64,000 nucleotides of DNA from the NCBI GenBank assembly GCA_028534125.1, contig CM052817.1, positions 14,014,001 through 14,078,000 on the forward strand, read 5' to 3'. A program made the position numbers and the translations under genes. The notes under the pieces are model-generated. The model worked only from the letters and a program-made list of their open reading frames with translations, did no database searches and had not been told where the DNA came from. The DNA comes from Lama glama. Lineage: Eukaryota. Below are positions 51,212 to 63,935 of the stretch, in pieces (position 1 is the stretch's first letter; every line of letters starts with the position of its first letter).

Positions 51212-51698
51212 CAGAGTCCAACTTATGATAGTTCTACTAAACTTTTTTAACTTCACGATGGTGCAAAGGCATTTAAGTATTCAGTAGGAATCATACTTTG
51301 AGTTCTGAATGTTGATTTTTCTGGTGGGGCTAGCAACACTCCCTTTTGATGGGCAGCGGTAGCGAGACAGAGTTTCCAATCAGCCACAAAATCAGGAGAG
51401 TAAACAACCGACATGCTTACAACCACGCCGCACCCAGACAACCAATCTGCTTTTCACTTTCAGTACAGTATCCAATAAATTACATAAGACATTCAATACC
51501 TGATTGTAGAACAGTCTTTGCGTCAGGTGATTCTGCCCACCTGTAGGCTAATGTAAGTATTCTGAGTATGCTTAATGCAGGCTAGACTGAACTATGATCT
51601 TCGGTAGGTCAGGTGCATTAAATGCATTTCCAATTTAGAATATTTTCAACTTACAGTGGATTTACCGGGAGGCAACTCCGTAAGTCGAGGAAGATCTG
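51212..51698 (-). mobile_element. Tigger4/Zombi (MER46)-family Tc1-mariner MITE
   Basis: Flanked by TA on both sides (51210-51211, 51699-51700). Inverted termini 'cagagtccaacttatg' / 'cgtaagtcgaggaagatctg'; internal 'tgtaggctaatgtaagtattctgag...aaatgcatttcc..ttttcaacttac'. Confidence 0.85.
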
Positions 51699-52029
51699 TA
51701 AATATATCCATTGATATAAGTCATTTTATTAATTCATTTCTCTAGGATTTCCATGAACAGACATAAAACAACATTACTGATTATATGTCACTGGTTCTTC
51801 TGCCAAGAGCCCATTTTGTGAGCTCAGGGCATTAAGCAGATACACGTGGGACTGGTTACTTGAATGGTCTTAACTTCAGGAGGTACATCAGGAAATAAAT
51901 TGATCTGTCTTCAACCACTGCCTTCAGGCTATCTCTTCCCCATCTTTGCATAACATCTGGGGAATCACCCCATGCTCTACATCATTTATGTTTTAAGGAA
52001 GACTCCCACTTTGAAATCTAAGACTCAAC

Positions 52030-52998
52030 TTCCTGTATGAACCTATTCAATCCAGTCTAATTAACACTTCATCCTCCAATGCAAACCTCTCCCCTGCAGC
52101 CCCCACCCAGGCTACAGCCCAGCCTTGAGGAGGTATAGTGGAGTAAACAGCTCCATTTACTCCTCTCTGCCTTTCAGCTCTTCATGCCACTCAGTCTGCT
52201 GCTTCAGAGCCCTCCAAAGTCTGAGAGAGAGGAGTTGAGAGGAGAATAAATAGGCAACAGGTGTTTTAGTTACATGGTGCTGGTTAGAGTTCTCCTTTGG
52301 CTTTGGATTTTACCTTTGGATTCCAAATACTGGCTCCCTGCTGGGACATAAATGGAGTCCCTGCTGGGCCATCTGGGGTGCACTCTTCTCTGACACTGGG
52401 GGACCACTCACTGGCTGACCTGAAGTCACAGCTCCTGTGCCTCCTATTCACTCCAGTCTACCCCACAGACTCTAAACACGGGGCCCCTTTGCCTAGTAGA
52501 TAGCCCTCTTAGTTAGGGTCCCACTAGATGGGTTGTGATTATCTCCTAAAACATCCACTAGGCCAATGGGAAATCACTACATCCTGGTGGCAGCTTCAGC
52601 TACTAAATCCTCTGTCTATCCTGTTCTCCCACCTCCAGGAGCTCCAGAAATCATCTACCTTCAGAATTTTCCAGAAAGAAAGAAGGGCCAGCCTATGCTC
52701 AGGTGTGTGCACACCACTAACTACTGAGGAAATGTTTAAGGTCTCCTAAGAACTGTATCCTTGCACTCCATTTGAGCATACTAGGTCGGCCCTTAAGTTT
52801 CTGCTACTCAGCAAGTTTCTGGCTGGACAGTAAGTGCCCTGTCCACTCATCCAGCACACCACACAGTTATCTCTGAAATGATCTCCTGAAAATTCCTTCT
52901 TTCACTTGAATGGAGCACACCTTTTCCATTTATAAAGGGTAGGAGAAAAGACAAGGGCCTGCCTTGTCTAGATCTAAGACTCACTACCACAATAACAA
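52030..52998 (-). mobile_element. Probable ancient LTR (family uncertain)
   Basis: About 1 kb, moderately GC-rich; the reverse complement begins 'tgttattgtggtagtgag'. Recognised only by general LTR character. Confidence 0.3.
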
Positions 52999-53149
52999 AT
53001 TCCATCTCCCAAAGACTTTTGGCTTTTTTTTTTTTTTATAGGGTGTATGGGAGTTCAAATGACCACGGAGGCAGCCTCTCAGCAAGCTGGTGCCTGGCAC
53101 TACAGCTAGAGCCCAGATATAAAGATAACAGAAAAAGGTTCATTCTACT

Positions 53150-53375
53150 CTCTATTAAATATTTAGAGGACATTTATCATATGCTTTGTATGAAGGATTT
53201 TACAATCGTTATCTCCTTTAATCCTTATAACGATTTTATGAGGTAGAGAGAACTACTCCCCAGTGTCACAGATGATGAAATAGCAACTCAGTAAATTGGT
53301 CCAGATCATCAAACATCTTCTAAGTGACCGAGCTGGGATGAGACTCTACCCCATAGCTGGGTAATGCCACTTCAA
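53150..53375 (-). mobile_element. MIR SINE
   Basis: 'ttatctcctttaatccttataacgattttatgaggtag...cagatgatgaaatagcaactcag'. Confidence 0.7.
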
Positions 53376-54004
53376 CTACCTCAGTGTTACATATTCATGG
53401 GATGACAAATAGGAGATGCAATTATTTTTAATTAATTAGAGTGTTGGCCTTAAAAATTGAGGAGAATTAACCGAAAATCTATTAGAAGTTATAAGGGATT
53501 GACTTTAAAAATGAATACTCTTCTAAATACCAATGACACAAGATCGAAAATACAATGGGGGGAACATCTAATGCAAAGCTGCATTACCACCGATATCAAT
53601 CACAGCATTTAAAATTAGTCAATAATAATGTTAATTAATTAACATTTAAAATAACATTTAGGACTAGGCCTAATTAGAAATCTGAAAGTCTTCTATAGGA
53701 AACAAATTTCAATAAAAGTTTAGTAAGACATAAAACATTATTTTTTAATTTTAAAAAGCAGCATGTTATGTATTTGTTTGGAAAGTGAATATGGCAAAGT
53801 CAACAAATTTTTCCAAATTAACTTATAGGTGCAACACAATTCAAAATTAAAATTTCCCAGAGGAATATAATTTTGAGCCTGACACAATCATGTATTCTGG
53901 AAGAAAAGGTGAGGTAAAAAAAAAAATTAAAAAGTAGCCAAGGGGAGACATTAGCAAAAGATACTAGAGCAAGCTGTAAATCTTCAACATGCTTTTAAAA
54001 CCGC

Positions 54005-54007
<3 letters not shown>

Positions 54008-54045
<38 letters not shown>
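54008..54045. repeat. (TG)n microsatellite
   Basis: About 19 TG units. Confidence 0.95.
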
Positions 54046-54048
<3 letters not shown>

Positions 54049-55604
54049 CTGGTTACTGATTTACTGACTTTCAACTCTTCATCTATCCTTTAGTGATATT
54101 TGAAAATGAAGCTAATCCCTGTGAACAGTATTTCTTTGCCAGCTGGCTGGATGTTAAGCTCAGTTAGCAGAGGGCACTGAGTAGGCACTACAAGAAGAGG
54201 TTTTCCTTCCTGGTTGTAGTGTGCGTACTCGGCAGCATTCCACAGTGCAGAACCATCTCCTTTTGGGCACAGCAGCCAGCAGCTCCCTCGAGCGCCTCTC
54301 TCTGGCAGTTTTATAGTAGAGTGCCTCTAGTATTAGACACCTCCTCATTATGGTTTTCCCTAGAATCACCACAGTGCCCTCTCCAACAAGGTCAGGATCC
54401 CATACTTGGAGAAGAGGGGCTCAACTGAGAAGTGTCTCACTGCAACTGGAGTTTTTCTGGAAGGAGAAAGGGACAGAATCCCAAAGCAGCAATCAAAGTG
54501 AAAGAAGACACTTAACTCCCTCTACTGGTTCTGTGGTATTAGTGGAGAGGGGTGAAGGACAACACTGTCTGACAAGACTTGGGGAGAAGCTCAAAGGAAC
54601 ATTAAGAAGCGTGGACTTAAGGGACTTTGCCAAGGACAGGCTGCAGTCCAGCGGTTGCTGTGGAAGACTGTGAGGCTGGGGGAAAGTAGGAGATTAGATT
54701 AAATAAGAATATGGAAACAACCCCAGAATACTGGGTTAAGACTCCAGATGAAGTTGAATGATGAGGTTTAGGATTTTGTGGTGAGTATTTTGAGTGGTAA
54801 CATTTTTTTTTTCTCATAAGGAATTAATTTCATTACAAAGGCAGACAGACTTCCACATATAGGCAACTAGCAAGGCTGTCTGATTTCAAATTGAACATGC
54901 ATTTTGATGGGTGATTTTCAATGTTTACAGTTGGTTGCTAAGACCAGTGAGTGGGGGAGGTTAAAGGTAGATGAGAAACTATTTTTATTTTACTTGGAAA
55001 TGCTTTCTTTTCTTTGCTTTTTTAATTGTAATTTTTTTCCTTTTTCAGTTTTATTAGGTAGACTTATTATAGTTTGCACATATACATTATATTGCATGTA
55101 AATACATATATATACACAATATTCCACACTTTTTTTAGTTTACATGTACTGATCATTGTTTTTCTAAGAACAGATTAGAGCTTTTGCTTTTTAAGCTTAC
55201 ACAGTTATCAAAGGAATAAAGCCAACCACAAAACAAGAATCAAAAGAATGTGGTAATCCAATCATAAAGGACATTCAAATGTGCTTACACATATTCAAGA
55301 AATCCATCATCTAATTTCTAAGAGTGGCAACATTTTTAAACACTGAGTTTTTTTGTTGCTGGTGGTGGTACAGCCTGGATCCCTAAACAATCCAGAACTC
55401 AACACACCCTTTGCATTTTCCCCTGTAGAGAGACCTCATTCTCCACCAGTTCTGATGATTAGTAATAGAGGCTGCTTAAACAAATTGACCTAATTTATTT
55501 CCTATTTCTTCCACAAGAGATAGCATGAGCTACACAAAATTAGAGTTAAAAGAAAGGGAGTTAATTCAGTCAAAATATTGTTTCAGTACTGCTAGGTCCT
55601 AGAG

Positions 55605-55800
55605 TAGTCTTTCTCAAAGTGGAGTCTGTTGACTGTCGACATCATAAATAACTGGGGGCGCCAGTTAAATAGCAAATTCTAGCTCACACCCTCAGATTCT
55701 CATTCCAGAGGTCTGTGGGTGGGGCCCAGTAATCTGCATAGTTTAAACCCAGGGGCTGATTTTGATGCAGGTGTCCTAGGGCCACTCTTTGAGAGATACT
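55605..55800. mobile_element. MER5-like hAT MITE
   Basis: 'tttctcaaagtggagtc...ggtggggcccagtaatctgcat...tgattttgatgcagg...ccactctttgaga'. Confidence 0.7.
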
Positions 55801-56514
55801 TCTAAGATAAATTAATGTTTTCATATGTTATAAGCTAATACAAAAAGATATTACAAGCCAAAATAAAAATGAACAAGCAAGAAAAGTTGCTTTGTTTGTT
55901 TTTTATGCTATCACACCATCCATTAACTTTGGATCCCACTTCAAATGGAAGTTTACCTCTATAGAAGGAGCTCAGGAGATTGGGAGTGAGACCACAGCTT
56001 ATCAGAGAAATAGGGAAGGAAGAGGTGTCTCGTTGCTGGAGATAGGCTGACCAATGTTGCTGAGAATCAACAAAGAAAAATCATGGGACCAAACCAGGGA
56101 CTTGTGACAAGAGTGTGTCAACTACTTTCTTCCCTTGTTGCAGGGTCCAGTGGGACAGCTCAGCCTGGGGACATAGATTCAGAAAGTTTGGCTTAAGCCC
56201 TGAGTGTAAAAAAGTGTCTAGCCCAACTCTAGCAAGGGGACAGACACCCGACACCCTCCAAACCAGTACCACCATCTTGATCTTGGTTTGACCTTTATCA
56301 GCTCTTGACTGATCCAGCATGACTGGCCTCCCTGCTTCCAGGCTCAACCTCATTCAATCTCAACATGCTGCAGCCAGCAATAGATTTCTAAGTACCAATC
56401 TGATCATTGCAACCCCTATCATAATACTTCAGATCCCACTGTCTGGAGGATAATGTCCAGTCTCCATCTCATGGGCATGTAGAAGGGGTCATCTCCCCTT
56501 CAGCTAAAGTAAAC

Positions 56515-56790
56515 TAGTCGAGTTAAAAACCTAGCCTTCATATGCACAATTCTGTGATATTGGACAAGTTATTTAACTGCCTTGTGCTGAAGTTTTTTCA
56601 TCTATAAAACGTAAAATTATATGGAGCGCCATTCACATGAAGTATGATGCAAACAGCACCCCCTGGAGCAGGGCAATGAAATTGCCTGAAAATGCACACC
56701 TCGAATGACTGCTGTTAAGATGAAAGGATCTGTACACAGAAAGTCTGCAGAATAGTGCTAGGCTCATAGGCAGCCTTCAGTAAGAGCAGT
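56515..56790 (+). mobile_element. MIR SINE interrupted by a MER91-like fragment (about 56620-56695)
   Basis: MIR 'ctgtgatattggacaagttatttaac...tttttcatctataaaac', then 'ggagcgccattcacatgaagtatgatgcaaacagcaccccctggag', then MIR resumes. Confidence 0.65.
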
Positions 56791-57489
56791 CTCAGTAATT
56801 ATCCCTCTGACATTTCTCCAGGTGACTCTTGTTTTCTGTCCTTATCAAATTACTTACAGACTGTTAATCATGCAGCTTCACACCTCAGGCTTTAGCACCA
56901 CTACCTTTCAGCTCAAATGCATCCCCCTGTCCAAAAGAGGAACTCCCACACCTGTCAAGCCCTGGCTTAGAGTGTCTCCTTTCTGGGAACTTCCCTCACT
57001 CCACTCAGTTTTTACCCTCACCTTTTCATTAAAGCCACATGAAGTCCACACCTCCATTGTTACAGTAAATCCTTTCCACTGTCATAAGTCTTTCACAGCC
57101 TTTTACAAGAATATGCCCCAAACGATGCCATGAGATACACCACCCCCAAAACCAACGCCGCTGCCTCCTAAACCTTTTCTGTATTGGATACCTTTCTTTA
57201 AATCAACTCACAATTTCGCTTACGTACATTTCAAAGGAAACTTTACACAATTATCCTGAATTGGCAAGTTACGACACAAGTTATTCTAAAATAAATAATT
57301 GCAACAACAAAAGCTTGTCATCCATCTGTCAACAGCAAAGTTCATTAACAATTAGCAGTAATTAAAAATACAATCTGGGTAATAGAATAAAGTCTAACCT
57401 TTTTTTCCCCCTTTTCCGTTGTGTTCAGTGTCATGTCACTTGCTCGCAGGGTACGGAGGGAGGAAGCCTTGCCCCTGGCCTTTCAGATC

Positions 57490-57725
57490 AGAGTTCCTGG
57501 TGCACTGGGGCCTCACGGACACCTCGGCTCCGCGGGGCCGGGGACAGAAGCGCCTGGGGCGCCAGACGCCACATCCAAGATGGCGGCGGCGGGCAGTGTG
57601 CACAGCGGCTGCGCGGGGCACCGTGACCTGGAGCGCCGAGCTGCGCCTGCGCCAGCCCGGGAGCAGCCCCGCCCCCTCCGCGGAGACCGATCCCTGTCAA
57701 GCAGCCCCGCCCCGGAACTAAGGGA
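57490..57725. promoter_or_regulatory. Small CpG island with promoter motifs
   Basis: The only GC/CpG-dense segment in the window. YY1 CAAGATGGCGGC at 57576-57587; NRF1-like TGCGCCTGCGC at 57642-57652; GC boxes near 57667 and 57705; ETS-like CCGGAAC at 57712-57718. Confidence 0.75.
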
Positions 57726-59119
57726 GAGGAGAGCCTGTGCTCTGGAGCCCAAGCTGGCATCTCTCCATTCTGTGATCCAATAACAAAGTTTCCCTTTACT
57801 TCTAAACTGAACTCAGTCTCGTTTTATTGGTACAAGCGACATCAGCAGGAGGACCCTTGTTGGGGCCTGACTCAAAAGAGTGGATAACACATCTATAAAC
57901 TAATCCATCTGATCACAGCACTCTGGTGGAAAATTCTGCATAGTATATAAAAATTCCTTGGTTGTGGCAAGCTCTGTCTTTACGTCCCCAGTGTCTACTA
58001 TAATGTTGGGTAAGTAGTAGTATCTAAGCAAATGATTCTTGAATTGCCATAATCTTTCAGAAAGCCCTCACTTCAAATCTTGACTTTAAAAGAGGGGGTA
58101 GAGACTACAGATTTTTACAAATTTAAAACTAGCAGAGTGAGATTCTGCAGGAATAAATTCACCTGAATATCATTTGTTGATGGAAACAATTTTCAAATCT
58201 GCAACTGAAGGTACAGGCTGTATATATGCAGGTAAAATTTTTTTTTAATTCCTTGAATTAACTGTTGTTAGAAATTTTGGTTGCCCCCAAAGAACTACTA
58301 CTTTTTCCTTTGGGATACTAACAACTATGCAATTGTCTTTGGCCAGAAGATACTTCAGAGACAAATATGGGCATCAGCCCTAAGAACAGCTCAAGAACTT
58401 ACTCTGTGCTACTTATCACTCTTTTTCTGTTAGTGTTACTTCACTTTTGAATTTTTTTCTTGCCCCTTTTTCAGGTTTTGCTTTATTATTTTAATTTATG
58501 TTTTTCTTGTAATTTAACATTTCTATTGAACCAGATAAATAATTGCATTAATTAAATAAATCATCAAATAAATCAATGGATGAATGGATTGTTGGATAAC
58601 TAAGCAAGATCATGATCAGCAGAGAGATACACTGATACATTTAACCAATTTAACTGGTTGGTGGGGGCGGGAATAGTAAAGAGACAGGCAGTTGGACAAG
58701 AGGTAAATGTAAATACCTCTCATTGGAAAGTTGTTGTTTTTTTTTTTCCACACTTAGTCTCTTGTTACAACAACTTGAGGACACAGACTGTTGACATCAA
58801 TCAAGGAAAAAGAACTGTGCTGATGAGAGGTGCTAGAGACAAGTGGTGGGTGTGCTAGTAAAGTGGATCACACACCTCTGTCTCATAATGAAGCACAAAG
58901 TACATTACATTACGGAAGAGTGAACAGTGACTCTGATTCACAAGGAAATGAGAAACCTAACCCAGCTGGAAAACTCACAACCAGGAAAAGGGCAACTGAT
59001 TTTCTTTGCTGCTTGAGCGATGCAATCACTGTTCCCATGACGAACTGCCTTACTTATAAGGCTACACGATATTATAATGTTCTTTATTAAAGTATCTTCC
59101 ACATGTATCATTTAAAGTC

Positions 59120-59262
59120 AAGGATATATTGTACAGTGCAGGGAACATAGCCAATATTTTATGATAACTTTGAATGGAGTATAATCTATAAAAACATTGA
59201 ATCGCTATATTGTACACCTAAAACAAGTAGAATATTGTGAATCAACTATATTTTAATTTAAG
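59120..59262 (+). mobile_element. L1 3'-end fragment (L1MA9/artiodactyl-type)
   Basis: 'gtacagtgcagggaacatagccaatattttatgataactttgaatggagtataatctataaaaacattgaatcgctatattgtacacctaaaac...aatcaactata'. Confidence 0.8.
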
Positions 59263-59714
59263 AAGTTGTGAAAAATACAACATAAGCATTGATAACAACT
59301 CAAAACTAATGGAACTATGTGATAGCATAAAAGATGTACTTAAAAGATCAAAGAAATCATTGGCAAAAAAAGTCAAATAAAATAGTTTCCTTTTTTTCTT
59401 CATAGAAATCTCTCAGGATTATATCTATTTGACAAACACATGACATGTAAGTTTATGTAAAGTGTGGAGTAATTTGGCTATAGCATAAGAAATCTTGTGT
59501 CTTTGAGGACACAGAGGGATTCTACCAGCAGATGTACAGTGTGATGGAAGTATTTCACTTTCAAAAAATGGATTAAAACTGATGATTAAACAGTCACTTT
59601 GAAATAGAATATTATAATTTATGCATAGACACTTTGATTTCAGAGTTGATGAATGTAACCATTACTTTAAAAAGCTGATTTATCTTCCAAGTACTATACA
59701 ATATATTAGGCTGG

Positions 59715-60214
59715 NNNNNNNNNNNNNNNNNNNNNNNNNNNNNNNNNNNNNNNNNNNNNNNNNNNNNNNNNNNNNNNNNNNNNNNNNNNNNNNNNNNNNN
59801 NNNNNNNNNNNNNNNNNNNNNNNNNNNNNNNNNNNNNNNNNNNNNNNNNNNNNNNNNNNNNNNNNNNNNNNNNNNNNNNNNNNNNNNNNNNNNNNNNNNN
59901 NNNNNNNNNNNNNNNNNNNNNNNNNNNNNNNNNNNNNNNNNNNNNNNNNNNNNNNNNNNNNNNNNNNNNNNNNNNNNNNNNNNNNNNNNNNNNNNNNNNN
60001 NNNNNNNNNNNNNNNNNNNNNNNNNNNNNNNNNNNNNNNNNNNNNNNNNNNNNNNNNNNNNNNNNNNNNNNNNNNNNNNNNNNNNNNNNNNNNNNNNNNN
60101 NNNNNNNNNNNNNNNNNNNNNNNNNNNNNNNNNNNNNNNNNNNNNNNNNNNNNNNNNNNNNNNNNNNNNNNNNNNNNNNNNNNNNNNNNNNNNNNNNNNN
60201 NNNNNNNNNNNNNN
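59715..60214. other. Assembly gap (500 N), adjacent to an ERV LTR
   Basis: Run of N. Confidence 1.
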
Positions 60215-60383
60215 CCTTACACTCTATGCAGTGTGTATCTCTCTAAATAAATCTACCTTTACTCAACTGTGGCTCGCACTTGAATTCTTTCCTGCAGAAG
60301 CCAAGGACCCACACCTGGCGGGGCACGTTCCAGGGATCTGGGACACAGCCCTGCTCACAACCCACATCCATTTTCCTGCATCA
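60215..60383 (+). mobile_element. ERV1-class LTR 3' part (R/U5)
   Basis: AATAAA, then 'tggctcgcacttgaattctttcctgcagaagccaaggacccac', ending '...ttcctgcatca'. No PBS follows, so it is a solo or 3' LTR. Confidence 0.7.
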
Positions 60384-62347
60384 AATTGAAGAGCATAACA
60401 TAGGCAAACCATTTAGCTTTTACATGGTATTCACTAAGTTCCCAATACATTTTTATTATCGTCTTAATCATTTCACTCTGTTAACTACTTACTCAACTTT
60501 GCCACTTGGCAGTTTTTAGTTAGAGCCCTCTGAGATATTCAGAAAAGGAATAAAATGAAGCCAAATCTTTGGCTTGAACAATAGTACAGAAAAACTTCAG
60601 TCCATTCTGCCAGGTCTATCTATCTGTGAGACCTGAAGGTAGGAGAAATATTTAGGAGAGCTTGACTGACTAACAAGTTTAACAAAGGTGCAAAAGGGGC
60701 ACCCCATAACTGAAAAAATTAAAGGTTAAGAATTGTAAACAGATCCAAGTCTGGTTTCCTTTCAGGAAATAGACATAGGTCCTCTCAACAAAGAAGCTTC
60801 ATAAATCACAGGGGATAATAAAGTCCCTGAGAAAAGTGAAGGTATTAGCCTTGTGCTGTCACTCAATATTTCTAATGCGAGACTGTCCGACCTGTGAAAC
60901 CAGAAAAATCTCAACTGTAAGACACATCCTATGTAGAGATAATGCCATTTCCCTGGCATAACCTTAGAACAAACCACGTGAGTGATTTGCATGGGTCCGT
61001 TTGATATTGTCCCTAACCTGTATTCATGTCTTCAAAAATGACAGTGACATGATGTCTTCAGTTCTATTTCCCAAGGTAAAAACATTTTCAGTTCAGCAGA
61101 GAAAAGCACGTTGTCACTAACTCAAGGCAGTTGGATCGCTACAAGCCTAATGTTTTTCTCCATGGCACACAGAGGAAAAGGCCAGATATTTCAGAAAAGA
61201 CATCATCAGATTATTGCTATCCACACAATAAAACATCAGCACTTCAAGCCAAGTGTGTGTTTCCATGGAGAATGTGGAGCCTACAAAGACAGCCCTGATG
61301 GGAAAAATAGTCACTAAATGACTATGGCTTTTCTTTCCTCAAAAGAATGAAAATTACATTTGCGGATAAGCAAACCCAATTAGCACAGGGTCACTGGAGG
61401 GGTAAAGAAGGGGTGAGACACAAAGAAATAGGAAGAAACATTAAAGTAAAAGGAGGGATAGATAATAGGAATGACCATTAAATTATAGCTAAAAAGTTTA
61501 AAAACAATAAGTAAAGGAAAGGCTATCTGCCCATCAGCCCCTTTTCATTTATTTATTCCCAAATGTCCATCCTCACATCCTACATGGAGAAGGTAGAGGA
61601 AGTAGGCTGATTAGCCCTTCCCATTGGAAGCATCACTATCCAAGCCTGACCTGTCTGTCCTTTTGCGAGAGCTTTGTGCCTGAAATAAGATTGTTCATTC
61701 CTTTTTTACTCATTCATTCATTCTTACCTCCATTCTAAACATGATCTATGAGGTCTTATTTTCTTTATCCAGTACCTGTTTTTCCAGTATTACCTAGTGT
61801 AACTCACTCTCTGGACTATTCCACCCATCCTAAATCTCTTTCAGTGGCTTGAACATGCCCCTTCTTTTGTCTAGAAGCTGTTATTTCCCTTCTGCGTCTC
61901 ACTAGCTTTCGCTTGTCCTTTGGGTCCCCGCTTAACCATCACTGCCTTAAAGGAGATCCCCATAAACTCCTTGACTTGGTTTGGTCTTGGTGACAGGTGC
62001 TCCTGCTGGGCTGTATCAGTCCTGTTCTCCAGTGTGCTGTGCTGCCATCTTCTTGCAGACCAGCTGCACAGAGCAGTAGCTCAACACATGACTGTCGTGT
62101 GAGATGTAAAGAAACAAATCAAGAGAGCAGCTATGAATGAAAAGTGTCAATCAAAGAAACCTACAATGAGCTCTAACTTTTGCCAAGGTGCTATGTGAAG
62201 CAAGGGAGTAGGTATGAGAGGAACTGAGCAACCTTCCTAAGTAGCTTCTGAAAAATGAGTCATTTTCCCCTTCATTGCCGTAGAGAATGATACTGGTATC
62301 TGCTCTATGATGTTGAGTCTCTTCTTATAGCCCAAAGCTGAGTCAGA

Positions 62348-63372
62348 GTGTTAAGTAACTCAACTCCAACGGGTCGGATGGCATCACGTGTGCATTCCAA
62401 AAGAGCAGAACAGATCCTACCAACAGCAATGCCTCCTCCACTTCTACCCACTGAAAACTGATGAGAGGACCTGGGGGGAAAGACAGAAGAGGCAAGATTG
62501 GTAGGGTTTCTTCCCTCTTATCTCCCACAACCCTTCAAACTAAATTGGTAGGTGACACCATGAGTCACTAGTCAATATCTGGGGTGGCCGCAAGAAGGGA
62601 AGACTTGCATCTGTTTCTCCTGCTGCAGGCTGCTTGGGTGCAAAACCCTCAGGCCCACCTTGGTACTGCCAGCAAATCAGAGAAGAGCCTGCTGATCTGT
62701 GCCTGGGAAAAGCTGGAGTTTAGGAAGAGACACGATGATAGAGACTGATGCCTGGTTGAAGTCTGGAGAATGATGAAAACTGGAGAATCGGTAGAGCAGC
62801 CTGAGTGTACAAATAATGTGGCGCAGTGTGTCTAGGGGAAAGTGGGTGCAGCTTATCCTAAGTCCATGGGACACTCACAGGATGTCCATGACTCCACGTG
62901 AAGGGTAATGAAGGTTCCAGGGCTGCCTGGACAGCAGACTAGTCTCCCAGAGGTGATGAGTTCTCACGGGACACAGGGCCACGGAAGCTGAATATCAACA
63001 CCAAGGAAGACCATGAGCACCACACACTCAGAAACAGCTACGTCCCAGTGGAATTAGGGACTTTCTCTCCAAATAAAACACAGGAGTGAAGCCTTTTTCT
63101 CTCCCCCTCATGCTGCCTCACATACTGGAGGAGCTAGGTCATAAAAGAAAGGGAAGGGGAGGTAGAGAGTTTTGAACCAAACATGTGAAAAGAAGTTTCA
63201 AAGTACTAAACTTTAATATCTGAAATTGATCAAAAAGTTCTAGAAGATTCCCAAGATGTCATTAAGGGGCAAGACGTGGAGGCATATTAAAATGAGGTGG
63301 TTGTTGGAAAAAAACAAGGTCATTTCACATTAATGCTCCAAAGAATTGAGGCTTTTCAATAAACTGGTTAAG
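62348..63372 (+). mobile_element. Probable ancient Gypsy-like LTR (MamGypLTR-like)
   Basis: About 1 kb block starting 'tgttaag' and ending 'gaattgaggcttttcaataaactggtta'. Family recalled only loosely. Confidence 0.35.
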
Positions 63373-63699
63373 TTTCTATTTATCACTGATTTTTATCTTA
63401 CCGGATACAGGTTTTGTTCCTACCCTCCTTCAGGGTCAAGAATCTTGTCTTACTATTTTTTTTTTACCTATAGTACTTAACCCTGTTGCTGCCATGCTGA
63501 TGGACATCCAGTGAGTATTCGCTGAAATGAAGAACACTGCTCATAAGTTCAAATTTCCTTCAATAAAGGTTGAAGAAACACCCAATGATGTGAATGCAAT
63601 GTCACCACTAGTATACTTCACTTCATAGTTACACTCTGCTTCCATAGGCTTCTGTGACCCACTAGAGAAGATTCAAAATATGAGACTTCTGTTACAACT

Positions 63700-63935
63700 C
63701 CTACCATTTACTGTGGGGTCTGCTATACGCTCAACACAGACATATTCTATTTATTCCACTCAAGATTCAATGACTAGGCATTACTAGTCCCATCTCACAC
63801 ACAGGACAACTAAAGCTTTGGGAAGTTAAGAGCCTGGCCCAAGGTCATATAGCTCGTAAGATATAAAAATGGAACTTCCCAACTCAGGTCTTTTTTTATT
63901 CCAAATCCTGTGCCTATTCCACTCTCCCACACGTT
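63700..63935 (-). mobile_element. MIR SINE
   Basis: 'cccatctcacacacaggacaactaaagctttgggaagttaagagcctggcccaaggtcatatagct...aactcaggtct'. Confidence 0.7.

Noticed and set aside
54161..54179. CTCF-like motif cagttagcagagggcactg (similar partial matches near 32208-32224 and in the MER91-like piece near 56655-56669)
   Set aside because: Each misses core consensus positions; partial matches are expected by chance in 64 kb.
57419..57783. Five overlapping ORFs over the CpG island as protein-coding genes
   Set aside because: Stop-codon scarcity in GC-rich DNA; R/A/P/G-rich translations with no recognisable family.
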